A DNA stretch of 64,000 nucleotides, taken from NCBI RefSeq assembly GCF_006345805.1, contig NC_043008.1:21638001-21702000 (forward strand), written 5' to 3'. The translations under genes and the position numbers were made by a program. Positions 13,035-25,690 of this stretch are shown one piece after another. The notes beneath the pieces were generated by a model. It made no database searches. It saw nothing but the letters and a program-made list of their open reading frames with translations, and was not told the origin of the DNA. The DNA comes from Octopus sinensis (taxonomy: Eukaryota). Position 1 is the stretch's first letter. Each line of letters opens with the position of its first letter.

Positions 13035-13225
13035 AGGCAAACTGTTTAACGGTATTTCGCCCGTCATTTCGTTCGAAGTTCAAATTCCGCCTAGGACGAC
13101 TTCACATTTAATCTTTTTTCTTCGGGGGTGGGGTCAATAAAATTGGTACCAGTTGAATACAGGGGTCGATGTAATCGACTAACATCTAGCCCCAAACTTG
13201 CTGGCCTTGTGCCAGAATTTGAAAG
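13035..13225 (+). mobile_element. SINE family 2 (GTCGACTTTGCCTTTCATCC central domain), degenerate
   Basis: B box GAAGTTCAAATTCC; GGTACCAGTTGAATACAGGGGTCGATGTAATCGAC. Confidence 0.75.
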
Positions 13226-13317
13226 CGCTATATAATGCAAATGTGTAATCCTTATACCTTCCTTAAAATTTATTTTTCGGTTTATGCCGATAGCGTTTCC
13301 CCTCATGCTCACCATAT

Positions 13318-13318
13318 A

Positions 13319-13393
<75 letters not shown>

Positions 13394-13597
13394 TAACAAT
13401 AACAATAACAACAACAACAACAACATCGAAAAATACCTTAGGAATGAGAACCCCGGTTCGAAATTTCTCCAAGACACCTGATAAATGCTGACGGGTATAT
13501 CAGCCGAAACGTTGTGTTAGCAACAAGCAAGATGATAACAAATATCCGCCAAATGTAAATAATGTACATAATCCCTCATCTTTTAAATATAGAACTG
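13318..13597 (+). mobile_element. Headless copy of the tRNA/HHR SINE
   Basis: Long (AAT)n/(AAC)n, then the family tail with GACAC-CTGATAA-AT-GCTGA..TCAGC-C-GAAAC-GTT-GTGTT at 13473-13518. Confidence 0.85.
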
Positions 13598-13696
13598 TAT
13601 AATCAAATATATATTTAAAGGCGGCAACACAATATAGCCCGTCATACATACTTACATATACGCATGCGTACGTGAATGTTTATATTAATATCCATT

Positions 13697-14088
13697 CTAC
13701 AATAGGCATAAGGCCTGAAATTTGGTGAGGAGGAGTTAAGTCGATTACATCGACCCTAGTACTTAACTGATACTTAGCTTATCGACCCCTAAAGGATGAA
13801 CGGCAACGCCGACCTCGGCGGAATTTGAACTCAGAACGTAGCGGCAGACGAAATACCTATTTCTTTATTACCCACAAGGGGCTAAACACAGAGGGGACGA
13901 ACAAGGACAGACAAACGGATTAAGTCAATTATATCGACTCCAGTGCGTAACTGGTACTTAATTTATCGACCCCGAAAGGATGAAAGGCAAAGTCGACCTC
14001 GGCGGAATTTGAACTCAGAACGTAACGGCAAACGAAATACGGCTACGCATTTCGCCCGGCGTACTAACGATCCTGCCAGTTTGCCGCC
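13697..14088 (-). mobile_element. SINE family 2, dimeric copy
   Basis: Two bodies (ATCGACCCCGAAAGGATGAAAGGCAAAGTCGACCTCGGCGG) joined by the CCCACAAGGGGCTAAACACAGAGGGGAC linker. Confidence 0.88.
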
Positions 14089-14370
14089 TTATATTAATAT
14101 AAGCGAGTGCGGTCTTTTTCTGAGTTTCTATATATCAAGACGTTGGAAAAATATCGGTGAAGCGACGCAAAAATTAGCTGGTATAGATTTTGGTTATTTA
14201 GCTTCGTTCCTTTAAATTGTGTTTTCGTATATCTATGCGAAGGTAATTTGTTTTCTCCTGATCAAATCGATAAAATAAATATCGAATTACTAGGTTTGAT
14301 ATAATCAAATATATAGTTAAAGGCGTCAAGCCAGTATAACCAATCATACATACATATATATATATATATT

Positions 14371-14774
14371 ACACTTTTACTATTTTTCTTGTTTCAGTCA
14401 TTTGACTTCGGCCATGCTGGAACACCGCCTTTAGTCGAGCAAATCGCCCCCAGGACTTATTCTTTCTAAGCCTAGTACTTATTCTATCGGTCTCTTTTGC
14501 CGAACCGCTAAGTTACAGGGGACGTAAACACACCAGCATCTGTTGTCAAACGATGTTGGGGGTGGTACAACACAGACACACAAGTATATACACACACATA
14601 CACATATATACATATATACGACGGGTTCTTTCAGATTCCATCTACCAAATCCACTCACTAGGATTTGGTCGGCCCGAGGCTATAGTAGAAGACACTTGCC
14701 CAAGGTGCCGCGCAGTGGGGTGAACACGGAACCATGTGATTTGTAAGCAAGTTACTTACCACACAGTCATCCCT
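14371..14774 (-). mobile_element. Full-length CORE-type SINE
   Basis: Family match along the whole length. Confidence 0.9.
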
Positions 14775-14786
14775 ACTGAAAGAATC

Positions 14787-14831
<45 letters not shown>

Positions 14832-15059
14832 TAAGGGCTAAAGAAGGTTAATTCTAAAGGTTAGTTGCCCGCTTTCAGTTCAATTTTCCTGTAACAAGTG
14901 GATTATAAGTGGATAAATCAGTGTATTGGCTTTAGAATAACCTTCTTGAGCCCTTAATTATAAGATGTTTATACTTCAACCGTAATGGTTTTTTTAATAT
15001 ACTGCCACGCTTTCTGATGGAATCCTTTTCTGTAGAGATAGGGACTTCATCCTATATTG

Positions 15060-15135
<76 letters not shown>

Positions 15136-16104
15136 TATATATATATGTATGTATGTATGCGTGAATGAGTGATTGTTTAATATAAACGAATGCGGTATTT
15201 TTTCTCAGTTTCTATATATCAAAACTTTGGAAGAATATCGGTGAAGCTACGCAAAAATTAACTGGTATGCATATTGGGTATATAGTTTCGTCCCTTTAAT
15301 TTGTGTTTTCCTATATTTATACGAAGGCTAATTTTGTTTTTCTCGTGATCAGATCGATAGAATAAGTATCGTAGTACTAGATTTCATATAATCGAATATA
15401 AACTTAAAGGCGGCCACCCAGTGTAGCTGTAATCCAATAACAGAAACCAATAAAAACAGCATATAATTTCCGATATTGGTACGAAAGCCACAGCCAACCG
15501 CAGAGTTTGGAAAGTAGGATGTAATTAGCTGATTTAATCGAAGTACTTGATTACTACTTATTTTATCGACAACAATAACATGAAAATCAAAAGGTGAAGC
15601 GAAACATCTGAAGGCCAATTAATTGAGGCCAATATCGTTTGCAAATACTTCGAAGCTCACCCACGATATATTGAAAAATAAATTTCTGAAACAAAAAGGA
15701 AAAAAAAGGAAAAACTACATCTAAAATTCATTTTGCCAACCAATCAATGATAAAAAGGAGTATATGACATCTTGCGATATTTCAGAGATATTAGACATGG
15801 TACTCAATCAAAAATCAATCACCCAATCAATCAATCAATCAGGAAATGAATGGGAAAGCTAAATGAAATATAGTGTTTAGGTGGGTGGTGGATTGCTTGG
15901 TCTGCATTTCATTAGTGAAACCGTGTCACTGACAGGTGCACTCGGACACAAAGACATTTTTGACACTTCACACTTGCCGATTTCATGAAGAAATAAACCA
16001 AATTAAATGCAATATTTTTTGTGTGTATGTATAAATGCTTGAAATTACTTTTAAAATAATCATATACATTCATACATACATACATACATACATACATACA
16101 TACA

Positions 16105-16140
<36 letters not shown>

Positions 16141-16407
16141 TATATATATGGCCAGATTGGAGCAATGTCAAGATTAATCAGCCGAAATTGCGAGGATGAT
16201 CCGGTTCTTGACTGAGGATAGAAAGCTTCGAATGACCCGTCCGTGTTTTTCTTTGTATCGTCTATCTGGATGTTTTGTTGTCCCTTTTTGTATCACCTAG
16301 TTGTCCGGATGTTTTGTCCCATTTTGTATTATATATATATATATATAAATTAACATAATGAGATAAAAATTTAAGGCCGTGAAAGATTTCAGAACATTTA
16401 TAAGTAG

Positions 16408-16455
16408 GTCTTACAGCTGTTTCCGGGATATTTCATATATCATTTCATCGGAGAC
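16408..16455 (-). ncRNA. Type I hammerhead motif with CCGAUGA core
   Basis: GTCT-CCGATGA-AAT GATAT atgaa ATATC CCG-GAAA-CAGCTG-TA-AGAC. Stem III palindrome ACAGCUGU, GUA triplet. The element's 3' end abuts (TA)n at about 16345. Confidence 0.7.
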
Positions 16456-16609
16456 GGTGTTAGAAGATGGTTAAGCAATACTTATTCTAGATAAGATATG
16501 AAATAGAGAGTGAAGTGGAGAAATGAAAACAGACGTGAGATATGCAGGGATATTGTAACTCCAGTTCCATAATTTAAGCAGAATGGTATACATATAAGTT
16601 TCATGTATG

Positions 16610-16647
<38 letters not shown>

Positions 16648-17274
16648 TATATATATAAATTTATGTGTATATATATATATATATGCACCCATCTTTGGAT
16701 GGTGTAATTTACTATAACGGTGCACTCCTGTGGATGGTTTAAGTTGAAAAAGCCCGCAGTTAGAAATCGTTTCAAGATGAGAAGCGTAAAATGTATAATT
16801 ACCATTTTCCTTGGATGTTTATGATGTCGTATTAAGAAACTTGGGTAATGAATATATTTTCTTAAGCACAAATTTGGCACTTAGTAATAAATGAATGTTC
16901 ATGAAATGAGATCGTAATCGCAGTAGGCATTAGGGATCCAATATCTTACTTGAAGGGTTTTGTATCATGTACATATTTTTCTGGTAACGCGTGACACAAC
17001 TGCATTGAAGCTTTTCTTTTCAGTGACAGTCATGTATGATAAAGAAAAGCAAACTTTTATATCAGACAAATAGAATAATGGGATGTACAAAAATATTTGT
17101 CAGGGCATGCTTATGAGCGAACAGCGTGCGTGAAGTAAGAAGGGTCATTGAAGGTAATATTCTGTTAACAACAATCAGGAAAATCAAGCAAAATATCAAT
17201 GAAATGCTTGCAGGGAGTCCGACTACTAACGGCTACAGTTTGGCGTAGATGTGAAAAATGCAGTAGTTGAATAA

Positions 17275-17601
17275 CTACTGTAGGGCTTCTCTGTAGACGA
17301 CACTCTTTGATTTGACTTAAGGAGCATAGATGAATAAGTTCAATCGACGTAGAACTGTCCATGTGAAAAGCATGATGTTCGGAAGTCCAATCCGACAACT
17401 TTCAGCGACTGACCTTGTGCTTTGTTAATTGTAATGGCGAAGCTGAGTTTTAGAGGAAACTGAAGTTTCTACATAGGGTAGAAGCAGTATGTTTGGATTA
17501 GCGAATTTCCGGAATGAAAACGGTATCGATTTTACCTTGTCCCGTGATAATTTGGGCTTTAATGTCATGGTTCATAATTTGTTTGACCACAAGGCGAGTT
17601 T
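17275..17601 (-). pseudogene. Helitron Rep/helicase C-terminal (PIF1-like) fragment, copy 1
   Basis: With frameshifts reads RLVVKQIMNHDIKAQIITGQGKIDTVFIPEI...[34 protein letters not shown]...KSVVYREALQ*; FAxTINKxQGQSL and FSHGQxYV are PIF1/Helitron motifs. Confidence 0.9.
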
Positions 17602-17607
17602 ATATAT

Positions 17608-17860
17608 AGGCGCAGATGTGGCTGTGAGGTCAGAGGCTTGCTTCTCAACCTTATGTTTCAGGGTACAGTCCCTCTGCGTGGCACCTTGTACTACGACTAG
17701 TTTTCTATAGTTTTCTACTATAGCCTCGAGCCGATCGTAGCCTTGTGTCTGGATTTGGTGGACGGAAACTGAAAGAAGCCCGTCGTGCAGACATGTATAT
17801 ATGTATAGGTGTGAGTGTGTTTTTGTGTCTCTGTTCCGCCCCCCCTCCACCGCTTGAATT
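17608..17860 (+). mobile_element. CORE-type SINE 5' part, truncating the Helitron fragment
   Basis: GGCGCAGATGTGGCTGTGAGG head; TTGGTGGACGGAAACTGAAAGAAGCCCGTCG. Confidence 0.8.
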
Positions 17861-17914
17861 CAAGGTGGTACCCCAGTAGGGCCGTAATCTAATGATTGAA
17901 ACATATATATTATG

Positions 17915-18017
<103 letters not shown>

Positions 18018-18197
18018 AAATATTAAATATTAGGGAATAAATCCAAATTTACAGGGAAAAAATCAGACTTAGGATTAAATCCAATTTTATAGTAAAATAT
18101 TATAAAATATTATTAGAGACAAAACCACTATTTTGCAAAACAAACAAGGAAAGACTTAATCAATACATAAAATTTTAATAAATAGTCAAAAAAACCG

Positions 18198-18240
18198 CCA
18201 CTACAATCGTTTCTTGTCTTGATCGACAATCTTCAGGTGG
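18198..18240 (-). ncRNA. Intact type I hammerhead ribozyme motif
   Basis: CCAC-CTGAAGA-TTGTC gatcaa GACAA-GAAA-CGATTG-TA-GTGG: canonical core, stem I 4 bp, stem II 5 bp, self-complementary ACGAUUGU, GUA triplet. Confidence 0.88.
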
Positions 18241-18485
18241 ACTTCCAATAATTCAGTGTCAAAACTTTTATATCAGACAAATAGAATAATGGGATGTACA
18301 AAAATATTTGTCAGGGCATGCTTATGAGCGAACAGCGTGCGTGAAGTAAGAAGGGTCATTGAAGGTAATATTCTGTTAACAACAATCAGGAAAATCAAGC
18401 AAAATATCAATGAAATGCTTGCAGGGAGTCCGACTACTAACGGCTACAGTTTGGCGTAGATGTGAAAAATGCAGTAGTTGAATAA

Positions 18486-18812
18486 CTACTGTAGGGCTTC
18501 TCTGTAGACGACACTCTTTGATTTGACTTAAGGAGCATAGATGAATAAGTTCAATCGACGTAGAACTGTCCATGTGAAAAGCATGATGTTCGGAAGTCCA
18601 ATCCGACAACTTTCAGCGACTGACCTTGTGCTTTGTTAATTGTAATGGCGAAGCTGAGTTTTAGAGGAAACTGAAGTTTCTACATAGGGTAGAAGCAGTA
18701 TGTTTGGATTAGCGAATTTCCGGAATGAAAACGGTATCGATTTTACCTTGTCCCGTGATAATTTGGGCTTTAATGTCATGGTTCATAATTTGTTTGACCA
18801 CAAGGCGAGTTT
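18486..18812 (-). pseudogene. Helitron helicase fragment, copy 2
   Basis: Duplicate of 17275-17601. Confidence 0.88.
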
Positions 18813-18937
18813 ATATATAGGCGCAGATGTGGCTGTGAGGTCGTGGAGAAATGAAAACAGACGTGAGATATGCAGGGATATTGTAACTCCAGTTCCATAA
18901 TTTAAGCAGAATGGTATACATATAAGTTTCATGTATG

Positions 18938-18983
<46 letters not shown>

Positions 18984-19608
18984 TATATATATAAATTTAT
19001 GTGTATATATATATATATATGCACCCATCTTTGGATGGTGTAATTTACTATAACGGTGCACTCCTGTGGATGGTTTAAGTTGAAAAAGCCCGCAGTTAGA
19101 AATCGTTTCAAGATGAGAAGCGTAAAATGTATAATTACCATTTTCTTTGGATGTTTATGATGTCGTATTAAGAAACTTGGGTAATGAATATATTTTCTTA
19201 AGCACAAATTTGGCACTTAGTAATAAATGAATGTTCATGAAATGAGATCGTAATCGCAGTAGGCATTAGGGATCCAATATCTTACTTGAAGGGTTTTGTA
19301 TCATGTACATATTTTTCTGGTAACGCGTGACACAACTGCATTGAAGCTTTTCTTTTCAGTGACAGTCATGTATGATAAAGAAAAGCAAACTTTTATATCA
19401 GACAATAGAATAATGGGATGTACAAAAATATTTGTCAGGGCATGCTTATGAGCGAACAGCGTGCGTGAAGTAAGAAGGGTCATTGAAGGTAATATTCTGT
19501 TAACAACAATCAGGAAAATCAAGCAAAAATCAATGAAATGCTTGCAGGGAGTCCGACTACTAACGGCTACAGTTTGGCGTAGATGTGAAAAATGCAGTAG
19601 TTGAATAA

Positions 19609-19935
19609 CTACTGTAGGGCTTCTCTGTAGACGACACTCTTTGATTTGACTTAAGGAGCATAGATGAATAAGTTCAATCGACGTAGAACTGTCCATGTGA
19701 AAAGCATGATGTTCGGAAGTCCAATCCGACAACTTTCAGCGACTGACCTTGTGCTTTGTTAATTGTAATGGCGAAGCTGAGTTTTAGAGGAAACTGAAGT
19801 TTCTACATAGGGTAGAAGCAGTATGTTTGGATTAGCGAATTTCCGGAATGAAAACGGTATCGATTTTACCTTGTCCCGTGATAATTTGGGCTTTAATGTC
19901 ATGGTTCATAATTTGTTTGACCACAAGGCGAGTTT
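19609..19935 (-). pseudogene. Helitron helicase fragment, copy 3
   Basis: Duplicate of 17275-17601. Confidence 0.88.
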
Positions 19936-20286
19936 ATATATAGGCGCAGATGTGGCTGTGAGGTCAGAGGCTTGCTTCTCAACCTTATGTTTCAGGGTAC
20001 AGTCCCTCTGCGTGGCACCTTGTACTACGACTAGTTCAATCCTAGGAAGATGAAAGACGAATAGGAAATTGGTGAGATATTGCAATTAGAATGTAAACGA
20101 ACATAAGTGATTGTCAAAATCCAACAACACAGCTACCCTAATCACTAATCACGCCTGTCTGTAAGAAGTATTGAAAACATAAACACGGAAATACGTATTT
20201 AGAAAAATTACGATTCCTCTCTCATTTCTGGGTGAAAGCAGATATTTATAAAATCTTAAACTTCACTCAGACATGTCTGAGAGGTA

Positions 20287-20550
20287 TCTTTTCTCGGTGG
20301 GGGATGGGTATCTTTTTTTCTTCGCAAATGTAAATAAACCCAATCTGTTTCTTAAACGAGGACATATTCATACAGCACGGTATGTTTTGACTCCAAATGG
20401 ACGTATTTGATTGGTTAAAATTGCCGAAATACTCGATTTTAAAGTGGAAATATGTTACAACATATAGAATTTTCTCAATAAGGCCAAGAAAAAATGATGT
20501 TTTATAAATACATTCTACTAGTATACGAAGTTTAAAAGTGTTTAGTTAAC
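20287..20550. mobile_element. Partial copy of the TTAGGG-MITE family
   Basis: Aligns to 10430-10690. Confidence 0.8.
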
Positions 20551-20599
20551 TAGAAATTGTGTTGACATCTGCCTTTCATAGGGAAAAGATTCCTTTTCT

Positions 20600-20790
20600 C
20601 TCATATTTTTTCCTTGTTTCAGTCATTTGTCTACGGCCATGCTGGAGCACAACCTTGAATGGATTTAACCGAACAAATCAACTCTAATACTTTACTTTTT
20701 AAAGTCTTCTGCTTATTCTATTTGTGGTTAACAAAGCAAACCCAGTTGATAAATAACGGATGGGGGAAAAGCACACACACACACATTAGC
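20600..20790 (-). mobile_element. CORE-type SINE tail fragment
   Basis: TTGTTTCAGTCATTTG...GGCCATGCTGGAGCAC. Confidence 0.7.
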
Positions 20791-21017
20791 ACGCATGCGC
20801 GCACACAAGCCAATAGCCATTTTGAGTTATTTCTCGAAACTCAGTCTTGCTTAAATTATGCAAATTCCCCAGTATAATCTAAGTCCTTTGACTACTGAAG
20901 ATATAATCAAACAATGGTCGTGCTGATGACGGCTATTGAGCTAGAAACTCGTGTCCACAACAGTCTTCTTATTTCAAACAGTCTTCTTATTGAGTATAGA
21001 GACAGGTTGGATGTTTT

Positions 21018-21429
21018 GGATCTTTTCGGTTTGAACGGCAGTTGTTAACTTAATTTCTAAGTAACTAAAAAATTTTAAACCTCGTATACTGGTAGAATGT
21101 GTTTATGAAACATCCTTTTCTCTTGGCTTTCTTGAGAAAATTCTGTAGTTTGTAACATATTTCGTCTTTAATTTCTTGCATTTCGGCAATTTTAACCAAT
21201 CAATGACCGTCTATTGAGGTGAAAGCATTCTGTGCCGTATGAATATGTTCCGCGTTTATGAAACAGATTGGGTTTATTTACATTTGTGAAAAAAAAAGAT
21301 ACCCTTCCCCCACCCCTAACCCTAACCCTAACTAACTCTAAATCTAAAATAGATTGAAATGCAATAGATCGATACTGGGGTCATAATTATGGGCGACAAT
21401 TTCATATGACACCGCTAGAAAAAACTGCC
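21018..21429. mobile_element. TTAGGG-MITE, opposite orientation to 10282, one TIR truncated
   Basis: Starts GGATCTTTTCGGTTTGAACGGCAG; (CCCTAA)n at about 21313-21345; ends AAAAACTGCC at the CR1 junction. Confidence 0.85.
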
Positions 21430-21431
21430 AT

Positions 21432-22087
21432 TTTGTCTGAACAGGTCTCTCAGGCATTTTGGAGGGATTTTGAAGGGCTGTGGACCCTTGAAGCCCAAAC
21501 TGTTGCAGTAGCTGGTCCTGTATTTAGATGGAGATGCTGGGATCTTTCGTACTATACAGGGGCACCACATTCTGCTGTTTGTGTAACTTTCAATGCCAAA
21601 GTTAGGTACAAGGCCTTCCAGGATTTTCTAGATGTATATCACCGCATATTTTCCCGCCTTCGTTCTAGGAAGAAGAGTTTTAATTATTTCAGTCTTTCCC
21701 AGTAGCAGGTACGTTGCATTTAGACGATTTTCGTTGTGCTGCTTCGTTGGATTACTTCGAGTTCCGCCGTTAATTTTATATTGTGTGGTGACCATAGTTG
21801 GGAGCAGTAATCCAAGCGGCTGCGGACGTATTCCCTCCAAAGGAACAACATTTGCTTCTTTTCCCTTGCTTTGAAAGTTCGGAGGATCCATCTAGCTAGC
21901 CGTCTGCATTTATGACCAAATTGTTAATAAGCACTTGGAAAGATGCATCATTGCTCATGTCAATGCCCAGGTCATGCACTTATTTTGATTCAGGGATTGC
22001 AATTCCTCCCGAGTGAGTGTATCCTGTATATATGCCGTTCAGATTGTGTGCTGGTAGCACAGGGCTTGGAATTTTCCTGCATTAAAC

Positions 22088-22090
<3 letters not shown>
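21432..22090 (-). pseudogene. CR1/L2-group LINE ORF2 C-terminal fragment
   Basis: MQFNAGKFQAL...DLGIDMSND...WILRTF...YVRSRLDYCSQLWSP...LERRR, with stops and frameshifts. Confidence 0.88.
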
Positions 22091-22150
<60 letters not shown>

Positions 22151-22157
<7 letters not shown>

Positions 22158-23350
22158 ATAGAGGGCATTATTACACATAAATGCCTCACACTGAGAGAGG
22201 GACAAAGTCATTACTACCAAAATTATACTAATCATACCCAAATGCAGTTTTTCAAAGCAAGACATTTAAAAAATGAATTTAGTTCTGTATCACCGTGATT
22301 TCACATTCAACTTACGTCTTATGATCTCAGCAGAACTGATTCTGAACACATCATAAATAAACTACCAACCTTACGTAGCGAAGACGAACAGACAACTGAT
22401 CACTCCGGCCAAGCACATGGAATGTTTATAAATCATATATCCGGTAAATGGCGGGCTTTTTACGAACTGCATGTCAGGTAATAAAAAGTATTTCGGAATA
22501 AGTTTAACAATTAAGGATAACCTCTTAATAAGGGATCTTAACAAGAAATTATCGGGTAGTTAGCGTGAAAACCTCATAAAAGAAAAGAATTCGAAAATAA
22601 TTTTTTTCTTTTGAACAAATTAATTATATCTATATTGTATAGAGGGCATTATTACACATAAATGCCTCACACTAAGAGGGACAAAGTCATTACTACCAAA
22701 TTTATACTAATCATACCCAAATGCAGTTTTTCAAAGCAAGACATTTAAAAAATGAATTTAGTTCTGTATCACCGTGATTTTCGAATTCTTTTCTTTTATG
22801 AGATTTTCACGCTAACTACCCGATAATTTCTTGTTAAGATCCCTTATTAAGAGGTTATCCTTAATTGTTAAACTTATTCCGAAATACTTTTTATTACCCG
22901 ACATGCAGTTCGTAAAAAGCCCGCCATTTACCGGATATATGATTTATAAACATTCCATGTGCTTGGCCGGAGTGATCAGTTGTCTGTTCGTCTTCGCTAC
23001 GTAAGGTTGGTAGTTTATTTATGATGTGTTCAGAATCAGTTCTGCTGAGGATCATAAGACGTAAGTTGAATGTGAAATCACGGTGATACAGAACTAAATT
23101 CATTTTTTAAATGTCTTGCTTTGAAAAACTGCATTTGGGTATAATTAGTATAATTTTGGTAGTAATGACGTTGTCCCTCTTAGTGTGAGGCATTTATGTG
23201 TAATAATGCCCTCTATACAATATAGATATAATTAATTTGTTCAAAAGAAAAAAATTATTTTCGAATTTTTTTCTTTTATGAGGTTTTCACGCTAACTACC
23301 CGATAATTTCTTGTTAAGATCCCTTATTAAGAGGTTATCCTTAATTGTTA

Positions 23351-23354
<4 letters not shown>
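22151..23354. mobile_element. (TA)n-flanked HHR element: 481-bp unit as about 1.3 tandem copies plus about 1.2 inverted copies (retrozyme/PLE-like)
   Basis: ATATTGTATAGAGGGC at 22151 and 22632. Inversion junction at 22780/22781. 22781-23354 is the reverse complement of the unit. Confidence 0.9.
23038..23095 (+). ncRNA. Type I hammerhead motif (sister copy 22281-22337 minus has a 1-nt core deletion)
   Basis: AGTTCTG-CTGAGGA-(22 nt, weak stem II)-GAAA-TCACGGTGA-TA-CAGAACT: 7-bp stem I, near-palindromic stem III, AUA triplet. Confidence 0.75.
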
Positions 23355-23387
<33 letters not shown>

Positions 23388-23391
<4 letters not shown>

Positions 23392-23500
23392 CCTGCTCGC
23401 TTAGCCAGCGGGGTGGCATCATTTGAAGGCTAAACCAATGCGAAGCGCATTGTGACCAGCGATGAGTGCAATATCTGATAGCCTGGTCGGTCACGGTGAT
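23388..23500 (-). mobile_element. Retroposon 3'-tail fragment (RTE/SINE-like)
   Basis: GGCCTGCTCGCTTAGCCAGCGGGGTGGC...GTGACCAGCGATG between (TA)n tracts; GTGACCAGCG recurs at about 48783. Confidence 0.45.
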
Positions 23501-24548
23501 ATATATATATACATATTTATATATATGTATGTATATCATAATTTCTTGTAGATGTGATTATCGTGGAAGCCCAGTGTAAGAAAAAACACAGGAAGTGACG
23601 AAGGATTTTTAAGAGCGGGAGTGGTAGTGAGAGCAGAGCTGATGAGTGAACTGGTACTGGCAGCGGTCGTTTTGGTAGCGGTGTTGATAATAATAGTGAT
23701 TACAATTGAAAATCATTTTCTCACTCTAATGTGTGTGTGCGTGTGTGCTTGTCAGTGTGTGTGTGTGTGTGTGTGGTGTGTGTATGTGTGTGTGTGTGTG
23801 TGTAAATCTATTCCCGTTGTTGTTAAATTTTTTTTTCTTAAATTCCGATATTTGTAATTTATTTAGGATGACTTAAAATTTATCATTTCATCTTTAAACC
23901 CGAACACGAAGATCAATAAACGCTACTAACGTGACAGAAAGAAGACATTCACTGAATTTATTGCCCGGTAATTTGCAGTTATTGCGAAGCATTAACGCTG
24001 TATAGTCTAGTTTCTATAACTCATTCTGTTAAAGATTTTAATCAGATCTTTATTACATTTCGGTAAGTTATGACCAACGTTAAATGAATTAAAAATGTAA
24101 TTCAATAACCGACAAGAGATCAGAAAGAGCTAAACTATTACTGGTTCCATTTTATACTGCCTTTACGTTTCCAGCCTTTAATATTTCATATCAGGCTTCA
24201 TTATAGTCCGACCTACTGTATTTCCAAATAACTTTTGAGACGAGAATCTTCGAAAACAGAAAGTCAAAGAGTAAAGAAAAACAATTATGTAGAAAATTCG
24301 ACCATATCATATATGTCAGCGGGCATGACCTCAGAATTTATCGAATTAATTCTGCGGGTTAATAACCTGAGAAACTGAATAATGCGCAAAATTCATTTGT
24401 AGCTCTGCTATAAATGTAATTGTACTCTTAAAATTATTTCAACCTGAGCTTTAATCATTCCTTCCCAATACGTCTAGATGAAATCCTTGTTCGGGCGTTT
24501 ATATTTCCAGTTATTATTCATTGGAGTGTTTTTGACTAAGTCCTAAAG

Positions 24549-24620
24549 TTACACCTTGATTTTGTCGCAATTATTACACCTTGATTTTGTCTCGATCGTT
24601 ACACCTTGATTTTGTCGCAA
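24549..24620. repeat. 25-bp minisatellite, 3 copies
   Basis: TTACACCTTGATTTTGTC at 24549, 24574 and 24599. Confidence 0.92.
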
Positions 24621-24672
24621 CTGCATTAAGATTTTCTTCCTATTATCTCTTACATAAACAGAATAACCGTGA

Positions 24673-24712
<40 letters not shown>

Positions 24713-25149
24713 TACTGAAGGACAGGAGACTAGCTTTAATATCTTCTCATTTATATACACTACAAGATTATCTTCTTATGCACCTAAATACTTCAGTATA
24801 ATTCATATCACATAGCTACCGTGATGTGATCATTTACGCATGTTACATCCAACAGACTGACGATTTAGTCATGGGAATATTTGTCTCAGAATGCCTTAAT
24901 TCTGGCTAACCATAATTACTTATTAAACAGTCTCTTGAATATCAAAAAACATCTATGGTACTTTTTAAAAAGCATGTACTTATACTTAAATCGACTATAC
25001 CCCTTGTTTTCCAAATGGACGTAGTCCAGTGCCAATGGCAAAGAATGAAACATCGATTATTCTTAAGTAACCTAGTTTCAAACTTATATTTTAGGCATTC
25101 CTTAAACTTTACAAAAAGAAAAAATCTTCACAGGTCTGTGCGGTTAAGA

Positions 25150-25560
25150 AGCTCAACTTACAACCTATCGCATCGATAAAATAAGTACCAGTTGAACACT
25201 GCGGTTGATGTAATCGATATATCACGTCCCCTGAAATTGCTGGCACTGTACCAAAAGCACATACTTTTCATATACCGTGTCGAAACAGCTTCTATAATCA
25301 GAGAAAGTAAAGATCTTCTCAGATAGGCCACCCAACCGATTATCATGTTACCCTTCACAAAACATACGGCAACTACCAGCTCATTGGCATGATATTTTAT
25401 TCTTTATCTTTTACTTGCTTTAGTCATTAAAATGCGGCCATGCTGGAGCATGGCCTTGAATTTTAGTCGAACAGATCGACTTTCTTTTCAGGCCTTGTAC
25501 TTATATCTGAATATTTTGCCAAGCCGCTATTTTTCCCGGACATAAGTACACCGGTCATTA
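25150..25560. mobile_element. SINE fragments: family 2 (+, 25150-25255) and CORE-type tail (-, 25405-25560)
   Basis: GATAAAATAAGTACCAGTTGAACACTG; GCGGCCATGCTGGAGCA. Confidence 0.7.
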
Positions 25561-25690
25561 GATACACGCATATATATATATATAAATATATATGTATGTA
25601 TGTATATATGTATATAAATAAATATTGGGATGGTATTATTAAAATACCATCACAAATGGTAAGCGAATTATTAGCCACACAGGGAAATTA

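Noticed and set aside
16160-16240. GAAA followed by CTGAGGA in a (TA)n-flanked segment
   Set aside because: I could not fold it into any HHR topology with a valid cleavage triplet.
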